From positions 1-26,985 of the forward strand of contig CAYZRO010000001.1 of the NCBI GenBank assembly GCA_964480905.1: DNA of 26,985 bases. The letters run 5' to 3'. The position numbers were made by a program, and so were the translations under genes. The notes below the pieces were generated by a model, which saw only the letters and a program-made list of their open reading frames with translations, searched no databases and was not told where the DNA came from. The stretch is from an uncultured Candidatus Saccharibacteria bacterium (GTDB lineage Bacteria > Patescibacteriota > Minisyncoccia > Portnoybacterales > JAGGTM01). Of this stretch, positions 16,866 to 24,956 are shown piece by piece (the first letter of the stretch is position 1; every line of letters starts with the position of its first letter).

Positions 16866-18968
16866 ATGAAATTAGTTATTGTTGAAAGTCCAACTAAAGC
16901 TCGAACTATCCAAAAATTTTTGGGAAAGTTTTTTGTAGTTAAGTCAAGTTACGGTCACATTCGTGATTTGCCAAAGAATGAATTGGGAATAGACGTTGAA
17001 AATGATTTTAAGCCAAGATATGTTGTTCCTCTGAAGGCAAAGAAAATAGTAAGCGAACTTAAGAAAATAGCTTCGCGGGCAAAAATAGTTATTTTGGCCA
17101 CTGATGAAGATAGGGAAGGCGAAGCAATCGCTTGGCATATCGCTCAAACGCTAAATCTTGGCGACTATTTTGCAGGCAAAGAAATAAAGAATAAAAAAGA
17201 AAAGCCTTATCAAAGGATTGTTTTTCATGAGATTACAGAAGGAGCAATTAAACAGGCCTTAGAAAATCCTCGACCAATAAATTTTGATTTAGTGAATGCT
17301 CAACAAGCGAGGAGAATTTTAGACAGATTGGTTGGTTATGAACTTTCTCCTTTTTTATGGAAAAAAGTAGCTAAAGGGTTGTCTGCTGGTCGGGTTCAGT
17401 CAGTAGCTGTTCGTTTGATCGTAGAGAGAGAGGATGAAATTAAATCGTTTAAGCCAGAAGAATACTGGACAATTGAAGCTGAATTAGCACCGCCCAAATC
17501 GCAAAGAATATTTTTAGCCAAATTAATTAAGAAAAATAATCGAGCTTTGCCTAAGTTAGGCATTAAAAATAAAGAGACAGTTGAAAAAATAATAAAGCAG
17601 TTAAGGAAGACGCAATTTCAAGTCAAAAGAATTAATTCTAAAAAAATTAATAGAAATCCATTGCCTCCCTTTACCACAAGTACTTTACAACAAACAGCAT
17701 CTAATTGGTTTGGCTTTTCGGCAAAACAAACAATGCGATTGGCTCAGCAACTTTATGAAGGGATTAATTTAGGTGATAAAGGTCGGGTGGGCTTGATTAC
17801 TTATATGAGAACAGATTCTCTGAATTTGTCTAACAGCGCTTTGGCAGATATTCGTCAAGTTATTGACAAGAAATATGGCAAAAAATTTTTGGCTGTTCAA
17901 ACGAGAATTTATAAGACTAAAAACAAAGGCGTTCAAGAAGCTCACGAGGCTATCCGTCCGACTCAACCTTTTCTTGCCCCTGATGATATTCGTCAATATT
18001 TGGACAATAAGCAGTTCAAACTTTATCAGTTAATATGGCAGAGAACAATAGCTTGTCAAATGTCTCCAGCAGTTTTAGAAACAACTGTCGTTGATGTTCA
18101 AGCTGGTCAATATATTTTTCGAGCCACTGGTAACAGAATTCAATTTGAAGGATTTTTGCGAGTTTATCCGATAAAAATAACAGAAGCATTCTTGCCCGAT
18201 TTAGAAAAAAATCAGATATTGAGTCTAATTGACCTTAAATCTTATCAGCATTTTACTCAACCACTTGCTCGTTATTCAGAAGCTAGTTTAATAAAAGCTT
18301 TGGAAAAAGAAGGTATTGGACGGCCTTCCACTTATGCTCCTATTATTAGTACTATTCAGGAGCGAAATTATGTGTTTAAAAATGAGCAAAAAAGATTCCA
18401 GCCGACTGAGATGGGTGTTTTGGTTACAGGAATTTTAGTTAAACATTTTCCTCAGATTGTTGATGTTAAATTTACAGCCAGAATTGAAGAAAAGTTAGAT
18501 AAAATCGCTTTAGGAAAATTAAAATGGATTTCTGTTATCCGCGATTTTTATTCTCCTTTTAAGGATAATTTAAATAAAAAATATAAAGAGATAAATAAGA
18601 AAGAATTAACCGAAGAAAAAACTACAAGAAAATGCCCTCAATGCGGAAGTGATTTAATTATTAAATTAGGACGTTATGGTAAATTTTATGCTTGTTCAAA
18701 TTTTCCCAAATGCAAGTATACCGAGCCTTTAAAGTCTCCTAATATCAATGTGCCTTGCCCTAAGTGTTTAGAAGGGGAGATTTTAGAAAGACATACAAAA
18801 AAAGGAAAACTTTTTTATAGTTGTAGTCGTTATCCCAAATGCGATTACGCTTCTTGGGATAAGCCAACCGGTCAGCGGTGTCCTAAATGCGGACATCCTT
18901 TAGTAGAAAAAGGGAAAAAGATTAAATGTTCTAATAAGGATTGTGATTATTCAGAAGATAAAAGTTGA
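16866..18968 (+). CDS. topA: DNA topoisomerase I (type IA) with three C-terminal zinc ribbons
   Basis: IVESPTKA, ATDEDREGE, SAGRVQS, ITYMRTDS (catalytic Tyr), GIGRPSTY; repeated CPxC..C....C. Confidence 0.99.
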   Translation: MKLVIVESPTKARTIQKFLGKFFVVKSSYGHIRDLPKNELGIDVENDFKPRYVVPLKAKKIVSELKKIASRAKIVILATDEDREGEAIAWHIAQTLNLGDYFAGKEIKNKKEKPYQRIVFHEITEGAIKQALENPRPINFDLVNAQQARRILDRLVGYELSPFLWKKVAKGLSAGRVQSVAVRLIVEREDEIKSFKPEEYWTIEAELAPPKSQRIFLAKLIKKNNRALPKLGIKNKETVEKIIKQLRKTQFQVKRINSKKINRNPLPPFTTSTLQQTASNWFGFSAKQTMRLAQQLYEGINLGDKGRVGLITYMRTDSLNLSNSALADIRQVIDKKYGKKFLAVQTRIYKTKNKGVQEAHEAIRPTQPFLAPDDIRQYLDNKQFKLYQLIWQRTIACQMSPAVLETTVVDVQAGQYIFRATGNRIQFEGFLRVYPIKITEAFLPDLEKNQILSLIDLKSYQHFTQPLARYSEASLIKALEKEGIGRPSTYAPIISTIQERNYVFKNEQKRFQPTEMGVLVTGILVKHFPQIVDVKFTARIEEKLDKIALGKLKWISVIRDFYSPFKDNLNKKYKEINKKELTEEKTTRKCPQCGSDLIIKLGRYGKFYACSNFPKCKYTEPLKSPNINVPCPKCLEGEILERHTKKGKLFYSCSRYPKCDYASWDKPTGQRCPKCGHPLVEKGKKIKCSNKDCDYSEDKS

Positions 18969-19020
18969 TTTAAGAGCTTAACAAATTCATATATCTATAT
19001 AGGAAAATAAAACCTTAGGA

Positions 19021-19056
19021 TAAAAAATAAGCCCCTTGGGTCTTATAGGGGCTTAT
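19021..19056 (-). terminator. Intrinsic terminator with a U tract only on the minus strand
   Basis: ataagcccct (19027-19036) / aggggcttat (19047-19056). The minus strand continues ttttttat; the plus strand continues aaaag. Confidence 0.6.
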
Positions 19057-19149
19057 AAAAGAAAAAGCAAAAAGGAGGGTAAGAGGGAATAATAACACAG
19101 AAAAGGTGCTAATTTAAGCTTATAATTTATTTAGAACATGTCAAGTTTT

Positions 19150-19158
19150 TTATCCACA
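19150..19158 (+). promoter_or_regulatory. Consensus DnaA box
   Basis: Exact TTATCCACA in the topA-ABC ATPase intergenic region. Confidence 0.45.
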
Positions 19159-19162
19159 ATTT

Positions 19163-19188
19163 TTTAAGAAATTTAAAAATTTCTTAAA
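19163..19188. repeat. Perfect 12-bp inverted repeat
   Basis: tttaagaaattt-aa-aaatttcttaaa. Confidence 0.7.
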
Positions 19189-19304
19189 GACAGTATTTTA
19201 TATTTTATTCAAGATGATTTGATATTCTTTTAAGAAGCAGAAGATTTGAGTAGATGTTCCTTGTTTTCTTAATTAATTTTTTATTTTATAATAATTTTTT
19301 AAAT

Positions 19305-19333
19305 TTGTCGTTCCCCAAACAATATGTTAATAT
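19305..19333 (+). promoter_or_regulatory. Putative promoter of the ABC ATPase/GTPase/ferredoxin cluster
   Basis: TTGTCG (19305-19310), 17 nt, TAATAT (19328-19333), with TGn; favours the ATG at 19363 as the start. Confidence 0.45.
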
Positions 19334-19362
19334 AAATTCATTTGTATATTAAAATATGCTTT

Positions 19363-20169
19363 ATGAAAAACCAGATTGCTAAATTAACAATTTTGCCAGG
19401 GATAAATAAATTTGGAAAAAAGGAAAAATTTGAAAAAATTGAGATAAAAAAAGGCGAGATAGTGGCAATAGTTGGTCCTACAGGTTCTGGAAAGAGTCAG
19501 TTGCTTTACGATATTGAAAAGTTAGCCCAAGGCGATACCCAGAGTCAAAGGAGGATTTTAATCAATAATAAAATTCCTGACCAAGAGTGGCGTTTTAATC
19601 CTAAAAGGAAATTTATTGCTTCTTTGGCCCAGACAATGAATTTTTTAACTGATGTTTCAGTGAGAAAATTTTTAGAATTACATATAAAAGCCAGAGGCAA
19701 GAAGCCAAAACCTGGATTAATTGACGAAGTTATTAGAGAAGCTAATGAAATAACAGGTGAGCCTATTGCGCCTGAAATGAATTTATTGAATTTATCTGGC
19801 GGGCAGAGTCGGGCTTTGATGATTGCTGATATCGCCAATATTAGTATTTCTCCTGTAATTTTAATCGATGAAATAGAAAATGCCGGTATAAAAAAAGAGA
19901 GGGCGATTCAAGTCTTAATTGAGGAAGGAAAAATTGTTCTTATTGTTACTCATGATCCTTCTTTGGCTTTAGGCGCTGATAAAAGAATAGTTATCAAAAA
20001 TGGTGGTATTATAAAAATTATTAAAACAACTTTAAAAGAAAAAGGCATAGCCCATTATTTGAATTGGGTAGAGGGATATAATTTAAAAATCAGAGAGCAA
20101 ATTAGACGAGGCGAGAGTATAGAAGAGATAGAAATGTTTTGTAAACCTACACATCAAAATAATATTTAA
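19363..20169 (+). CDS. ABC-type ATPase without an adjacent permease
   Basis: Walker A GPTGSGKS, signature LSGGQ, Walker B ILIDE, H-loop VTHD. Start placed at ATG 19363, in frame with the TTG at 19342 used by the track. Confidence 0.9.
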   Translation: MKNQIAKLTILPGINKFGKKEKFEKIEIKKGEIVAIVGPTGSGKSQLLYDIEKLAQGDTQSQRRILINNKIPDQEWRFNPKRKFIASLAQTMNFLTDVSVRKFLELHIKARGKKPKPGLIDEVIREANEITGEPIAPEMNLLNLSGGQSRALMIADIANISISPVILIDEIENAGIKKERAIQVLIEEGKIVLIVTHDPSLALGADKRIVIKNGGIIKIIKTTLKEKGIAHYLNWVEGYNLKIREQIRRGESIEEIEMFCKPTHQNNI

Positions 20170-20187
20170 TTAGGTTAAGTTATCAAT

Positions 20188-20994
20188 ATGAAATTTGTTA
20201 TTTTTGCCGGAACTCCCGGTTCTGGCAAAACAAGCATTATTAAATTTGTTATTCAAGAGTTAAGCAAAGAATTAAAATTATTCTTTGCTAAATTTGATTG
20301 TTTAAATACTGAGGATAATAAATTAATCTCAGAAAGATATCAAATTGATGCAGTAAAAAAATTGGCCGGCGAGCTTTGCCCAGATCATTATACAGCTTTA
20401 GAAGTGCCTAAAATTCTAAAGGAAAACCAAGATAAAGATATTATTATTTTAGAAACTGCTGGCTTGTGCCTTCGTTGTTCGCCCTATATTAATGAAGGAT
20501 TAGGCATTAATGTTTTGGATATTACCTCAGGTGATCCTAAGCGTTATGGTCCGATTTTGACTCAAGCAGATATCGTTGCGATTAGCAAAGGAGATTTAAT
20601 TTCTCAAGCGGAGAGAGAAATTTTTAGAGCTGGTGTTTTAAGAGTAAATCCTAAGGCTAAAATAGTGGAAGTTAATGGTTTAACTGGCGAAGGAGCAATT
20701 GATATAATAGAGTTTATTAAATTGTCTCCTGACGTCAACGGACAAAAACTTACCTTAAAGCATTCTATGCCTTCGGCTGTTTGCGGTTATTGTTATGGCA
20801 ATAAAATTATAGACGAGAAAGCTGTTCATGATAGATATTTGGCTGGGAGAGAGTTAAAAGCTCTAGTGCCTAATTTGAATTGTGGTCGATGCGGTTTTAA
20901 GTCTTGTAATGAATTTATTAGGGCGGTTTTGGATAGGGAGGCAGAAAAGGGACAATGTCCTTTTATTAAAAAGAAAAAGATAAATAACAAATAG
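20188..20994 (+). CDS. G3E (CobW/HypB/UreG-like) P-loop GTPase fused to a C-terminal putative Fe-S domain
   Basis: GTPGSGKT, CPDH, LETAGLCLRCSP, SKGD (NKxD-like); C-terminal CGYC and PNLNCGRCGFKSC...CP (CxxCxxxxC..C). Confidence 0.85.
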   Translation: MKFVIFAGTPGSGKTSIIKFVIQELSKELKLFFAKFDCLNTEDNKLISERYQIDAVKKLAGELCPDHYTALEVPKILKENQDKDIIILETAGLCLRCSPYINEGLGINVLDITSGDPKRYGPILTQADIVAISKGDLISQAEREIFRAGVLRVNPKAKIVEVNGLTGEGAIDIIEFIKLSPDVNGQKLTLKHSMPSAVCGYCYGNKIIDEKAVHDRYLAGRELKALVPNLNCGRCGFKSCNEFIRAVLDREAEKGQCPFIKKKKINNK

Positions 20995-21057
20995 TAATTA
21001 ACTGATTATCGAAGTGAGATAAAAAGATGTCAGTTGATAACTATTTTTTAATATATT

Positions 21058-21336
21058 ATGCCATGGGTTAATCAAGAAAAATGTATAGGTTGTGGGCTTT
21101 GTTCTAATGCATGTCCTGTAGGCGCCATTTCTTTTAGAGATGGCAAAGCTTTTATTGACCAAAGTAAGTGTATCAAGTGCGGTAAATGTATGGAGGTTTG
21201 TCCCCAGAAAGCGATTTTGCCTAATTCTGAAAATCCAGACTTAAGAGGCGGTTTAATTGCTAGAGGATCAGGGCAGGGTTTGGTTAGTCGTTTAAGAAAT
21301 CACTATCGTCATCGTCGAGGCCGTCGGCATTTTTAA
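21058..21336 (+). CDS. 2x[4Fe-4S] ferredoxin with a basic Arg/His-rich tail
   Basis: [12 protein letters not shown] and [12 protein letters not shown]. Confidence 0.93.
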   Translation: MPWVNQEKCIGCGLCSNACPVGAISFRDGKAFIDQSKCIKCGKCMEVCPQKAILPNSENPDLRGGLIARGSGQGLVSRLRNHYRHRRGRRHF

Positions 21337-21427
21337 GAAGTTAGGCTATTAAAATATTTATTATTTCATAAATAAAAATAAAAAAACTATTTTTATTATT
21401 TTAAGATAATTGAGAAAAATAATAATT

Positions 21428-21628
21428 ATGGGAAAATTGAAAGTAAATAAATCAAAGTGTGCCGGCTGTGGTGCTTGTCTTCAGGTTTGTCCTTATGGTG
21501 CTATTAAAATAGGTGATGATAACAAAGCCGTTATTGATAAAGAGAAATGCCGACACTGTGGCAAATGCAGGGAGATTTGTCCTTTTGGCGCTATTGAGGA
21601 GGAGGAAGAAGAAGGATCAAAAAAATAG
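21428..21628 (+). CDS. 2x[4Fe-4S] ferredoxin with an acidic tail
   Basis: CAGCGACLQVCP and CRHCGKCREICP; ATG 21428 preferred over TTG 21410. Confidence 0.93.
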   Translation: MGKLKVNKSKCAGCGACLQVCPYGAIKIGDDNKAVIDKEKCRHCGKCREICPFGAIEEEEEEGSKK

Positions 21629-21679
21629 TATTTTGAGATTGCCTGATTTAGAAGAAGATAACCTTAAATAAAATCAATA

Positions 21680-22783
21680 ATGAAAAAACTTTTTGAGATA
21701 ATCGTTGGCATTCCTTCGTATAATGAGGAAGATAATATTTCTTTTTTCACAGAAATAGTTGACAAAGGATTGGTTAAATATTTTCCAGGTAAAAAGTGCG
21801 TTATTATAAATGTTGATAATTGTTCTCCTGATAAAACAAGAAGAAATTTTTTATCTACCTCAACAAAAAGCGAAAAAATTTATATCTCTACTCCTAAGAA
21901 TATTAAAGGCAAGGGGAATAATTTTTATAATCTTTTTAAATCGGCTTTAAAGTTTCAAGCAGAATATATAATGGTGGTTGATGCCGATTTAAAAAGCATT
22001 TTCCCTGAATGGGTTCCTTTTTTAATTAACCCAGTTGAAAAAGAGGGGTACGATTTTGTTTTTCCGTACTATAGGCGTCATTATGACGATGCCACTATTA
22101 CGAATTTTATATGTTATCCATTAGTTTATGGATTACTTGGTTTTAATATTCGCCAGCCGATTGGCGGAGATTTTGCTTTTAATCAAAAAATGATTAGATA
22201 TTGGCTTAAAAGAAAATGGGATTCTTATATTCGTAATTATGGCATAGATATTTTTATGAGCCTTAATGCTATTTTTGGCAATTTTAAAATCTGTCAAGCT
22301 GATTTAGGAGAAAAAATTCATAAACCAAGCAGGCCGAAATTAAATCCAATGCTAGATGATGTTCTCATGACTGCCTTTACAATTATTTGGCAGAATGAGT
22401 CATTTTGGCGTAAAAAAAAATATAAAATAAAACAGCCTACTTTTTTTACCAATTTTACCAAGAATAAATTTGTCGGCGGATTAGAAAAAACATTGGGCTT
22501 GCCCGAAAAAGAGAATTTTTCAAAGCAAGAAAAAAGCGAAGTAGAGATAAAGAATGATTTTATTGATGCTAAGCAATGGGTAGAGATTGTTTATAGCGCT
22601 TTGAAAGATTTTAGAAGATTAAAGAGCTTGGGAATTTTTTTTAAAGATTTGTATTTTAAACGCATTAATTCATTTTTAAAAGAGATAAAATATTTATCTT
22701 TAGAAGATTCGGAATCTTTAATTCAGCAGCAAGCAGAAATTTTTTTTAAAAAAAGAGATCAATTTTTAGATAATTTAGATTAG
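21680..22783 (+). CDS. GT-A glycosyltransferase resembling the glucosylglycerate/mannosylglycerate synthase family
   Basis: GIPSYNEE, GKG, DADLKSIFPEWV, DATITNFI, QPIGGDF, YGIDI and K.H motifs. Confidence 0.78.
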   Translation: MKKLFEIIVGIPSYNEEDNISFFTEIVDKGLVKYFPGKKCVIINVDNCSPDKTRRNFLSTSTKSEKIYISTPKNIKGKGNNFYNLFKSALKFQAEYIMVVDADLKSIFPEWVPFLINPVEKEGYDFVFPYYRRHYDDATITNFICYPLVYGLLGFNIRQPIGGDFAFNQKMIRYWLKRKWDSYIRNYGIDIFMSLNAIFGNFKICQADLGEKIHKPSRPKLNPMLDDVLMTAFTIIWQNESFWRKKKYKIKQPTFFTNFTKNKFVGGLEKTLGLPEKENFSKQEKSEVEIKNDFIDAKQWVEIVYSALKDFRRLKSLGIFFKDLYFKRINSFLKEIKYLSLEDSESLIQQQAEIFFKKRDQFLDNLD

Positions 22784-22818
22784 GAAGGGTTTTATCTTGA
22801 TAGAAACAAAAACAGGGA

Positions 22819-22889
22819 TCGGAGTGCCGGGAGTTGAACCCGGGCTACACCCACCCCAAGGGTGCGTACTACCGTTATACTACACTCCG
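22819..22889 (-). tRNA. tRNA-Pro(GGG), CCA not encoded
   Basis: Minus strand CGGAGTG-TA-GTAT..GTAC-G-CACCC-TTGGGGT-GGGTG-TAGC-CCGGG-TTCAACT-CCCGG-CACTCCG-A; all four arms pair. Confidence 0.95.
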
Positions 22890-22908
22890 AAGCTTATAAA
22901 AAGCTATA

Positions 22909-23154
22909 TTATTTTTGTTCAGTTTTTATTTTAAGAGTTTTATATAAACTTTTTAGACAGCGACTACAGATTTTGATTCTTTTTCCTTTGTATTGATTGA
23001 ATTTACGAGGCAAATTTAATTCAGGTGAGATGAAAACCCATCTTAGATTTGGATATTTTCTTTTTTTAGCTGTTGGGTTATACTTGCCACGAAGTTTTTT
23101 TCGTACAGTAGCTACTATTGATTTTTTGCCGCAAATGTCGCACACTTTAGACAT
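22909..23154 (-). CDS. rpmB: 50S ribosomal protein bL28 (zinc-binding type)
   Basis: MSKVCDICGK, R..PNL and KICSRCLK. Confidence 0.9.
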   Translation of the reverse strand: MSKVCDICGKKSIVATVRKKLRGKYNPTAKKRKYPNLRWVFISPELNLPRKFNQYKGKRIKICSRCLKSLYKTLKIKTEQK

Positions 23155-23272
23155 ATTCTTTAATCCAAATTTTAATCCATAACCGTTTTATTTTGGATTT
23201 TAATTTGGCATTAAATGTTTTGTATTTTATTATAGAATTAGAATACAAGATAAAATAATTTTTGACAAGTAT

Positions 23273-23902
23273 ATGGATTCTTTCGTTATTATTTTAGTTC
23301 AGTTAATCATTTTATTAATGTCAGTGATAATTCATGAATTTGCTCATGGGTGGATGGCTTATCAATTAGGAGATCCTACGGCTAAATATGCTGGTCGGTT
23401 AACATTAAATCCTTTGGCGCATTTGGATTTCGTCGGTTCTTTTTTGGTTCCTTTAATCTGTTTTTGGTTAGGCGGATTTATTTTTGGTTGGGCTAAACCT
23501 GTTCCTTTTAATCCGTACAATTTAAAAGATCAACGTTGGGGTCCGGCTTTGGTGGGCGGGGCTGGTCCTCTAGCCAATTTATTTATTGCTATAATTTTTG
23601 GTTTGCTAATTAGGTTTATTCCTCAAGGCGATTCTCTGGTTTTTTATAATTTTATTCAAATTTTTACTTGGATTGTTTTCTTAAATATCCTTTTGGCTGT
23701 TTTTAATTTAATTCCTGTTCCGCCTTTAGATGGTTCAAAGATTTTACTGGCTGTTTTGCCTGAACGATGGAGTGAATTGAGATTCTTTTTAGAGAGATAT
23801 GGTATGTTTATCTTAATATTTGTTATTGTTTTTGCTTTCCGTTTAATTTTACCTTTCGTTAATTTTATTTTCAAATTGTTGACAGGACTTACTTTATTTT
23901 AA
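23273..23902 (+). CDS. Site-2 protease family (M50) intramembrane metalloprotease
   Basis: HEFAH, GDPT, AGPLAN and NLIPVPPLDG motifs; hydrophobic throughout. Confidence 0.95.
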   Translation: MDSFVIILVQLIILLMSVIIHEFAHGWMAYQLGDPTAKYAGRLTLNPLAHLDFVGSFLVPLICFWLGGFIFGWAKPVPFNPYNLKDQRWGPALVGGAGPLANLFIAIIFGLLIRFIPQGDSLVFYNFIQIFTWIVFLNILLAVFNLIPVPPLDGSKILLAVLPERWSELRFFLERYGMFILIFVIVFAFRLILPFVNFIFKLLTGLTLF

Positions 23903-23941
23903 ATAGATACAAAATACAATATGGGTATTAGTTTGTTTAAT

Positions 23942-23975
23942 TTGACTTTTTTTCTTTGTTCGTTTATGGTAGAAT
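23942..23975 (+). promoter_or_regulatory. Putative promoter of rpsL-rpsG-fusA
   Basis: TTGACT (23942-23947), 17 nt, TATGGT (23965-23970); overlapping TG-G-TAGAAT extended -10. Confidence 0.45.
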
Positions 23976-24051
23976 TGTTGGAATAAGAAAATATTAAGTT
24001 TATTTTATGGAGCCTTAAGGCTTTTTTGTTAACTAATTTTTTTATTGGATT

Positions 24052-24465
24052 ATGGCGACAATACAACAATTGATTAGAAAGCCAAGAAAAAAACCAAAGA
24101 AAAAACCAAAGGCGCCGGCTCTTTGGCGGAGTTTTAATACTAAAAAAAATAAGCCAGTTTTTTTTCCTTCGCCTTTCAAGAGAGGCGTATGTGTGAAAGT
24201 GACCACAACTACACCTAAAAAACCAAATTCAGCATTGAGGAAAATTGCCCGCGTTCGTTTGACTAATGGCATGGAAGTTACTGCTTATATTCCGGGTGAG
24301 GGTCATAATCTTCAGGAGCACTCTGTAGTTTTAATAAGAGGTGGTCGAGTAAAAGATTTGCCAGGAGTAAGATATCATGTAGTAAGGGGCGTTTTGGATG
24401 CTGAAGGAGTAGAAGGTCGCAAGCAACAAAGGTCTAAATATGGCACCAAGAAACCTAAACAATAA
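24052..24465 (+). CDS. rpsL: 30S ribosomal protein uS12
   Basis: [35 protein letters not shown]. Confidence 0.99.
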   Translation: MATIQQLIRKPRKKPKKKPKAPALWRSFNTKKNKPVFFPSPFKRGVCVKVTTTTPKKPNSALRKIARVRLTNGMEVTAYIPGEGHNLQEHSVVLIRGGRVKDLPGVRYHVVRGVLDAEGVEGRKQQRSKYGTKKPKQ

Positions 24466-24479
24466 AAGATTATAAAATT

Positions 24480-24947
24480 ATGCGTCGTAAGAAAAAAATA
24501 AAAAAAATTATTCAGCCTGATCCGAGATATCAGAATACTACAGTAGCAAAATTGATTAATTATATTATGAAAGACGGCAAAAAATCTTTGGCTTCCCATA
24601 TTGTTTATCAAGCTTTTGATTTAATTGCTAAAAAACTTAAGAAAGAGGCTTTAGAAGTTTTTGATCAGGCGATTAAGAATACCTCGCCATTGGTAGAGAT
24701 TAAATCTCGCCGCATTGGCGGCGCTCATTACCAAATTCCTAAAGAAGTTAGAGGGGATCGTCGTTTGTCTTTGGCTATTAGATGGATTGTTGAGGGAGCG
24801 CGGAAAAGAAAAGGGAAGCCGATGTTTGAAAGATTAGCTGAGGAGTTAATTGAAGCGGCAAACAATACCGGTTTTGCCGTTAAGAAGAAAGAAGAAGTTC
24901 ATAGAATGGCTGAAGCTAACAGAGCTTTTGCTCACTTATCTAGATAA
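24480..24947 (+). CDS. rpsG: 30S ribosomal protein uS7
   Basis: [32 protein letters not shown]. Confidence 0.99.
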   Translation: MRRKKKIKKIIQPDPRYQNTTVAKLINYIMKDGKKSLASHIVYQAFDLIAKKLKKEALEVFDQAIKNTSPLVEIKSRRIGGAHYQIPKEVRGDRRLSLAIRWIVEGARKRKGKPMFERLAEELIEAANNTGFAVKKKEEVHRMAEANRAFAHLSR

Positions 24948-24956
24948 TTTAAATTT

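Noticed and set aside
19120-19340. Possible oriC (AT-rich spacer with a DnaA box)
   Set aside because: Only one consensus box, and no dnaA, dnaN or gidA context.
20178-21042. 9-bp inverted pair AGTTATCAA / TTGATAACT flanking the GTPase gene, and a weak hairpin at 21000-21035
   Set aside because: Too short and AT-rich to exceed chance; no recombinase nearby.
24010-24029. Small hairpin gagcc-ttaa-ggctt plus T run in the rpsL leader (attenuator?)
   Set aside because: Only 4-5 bp; not distinguishable from chance.
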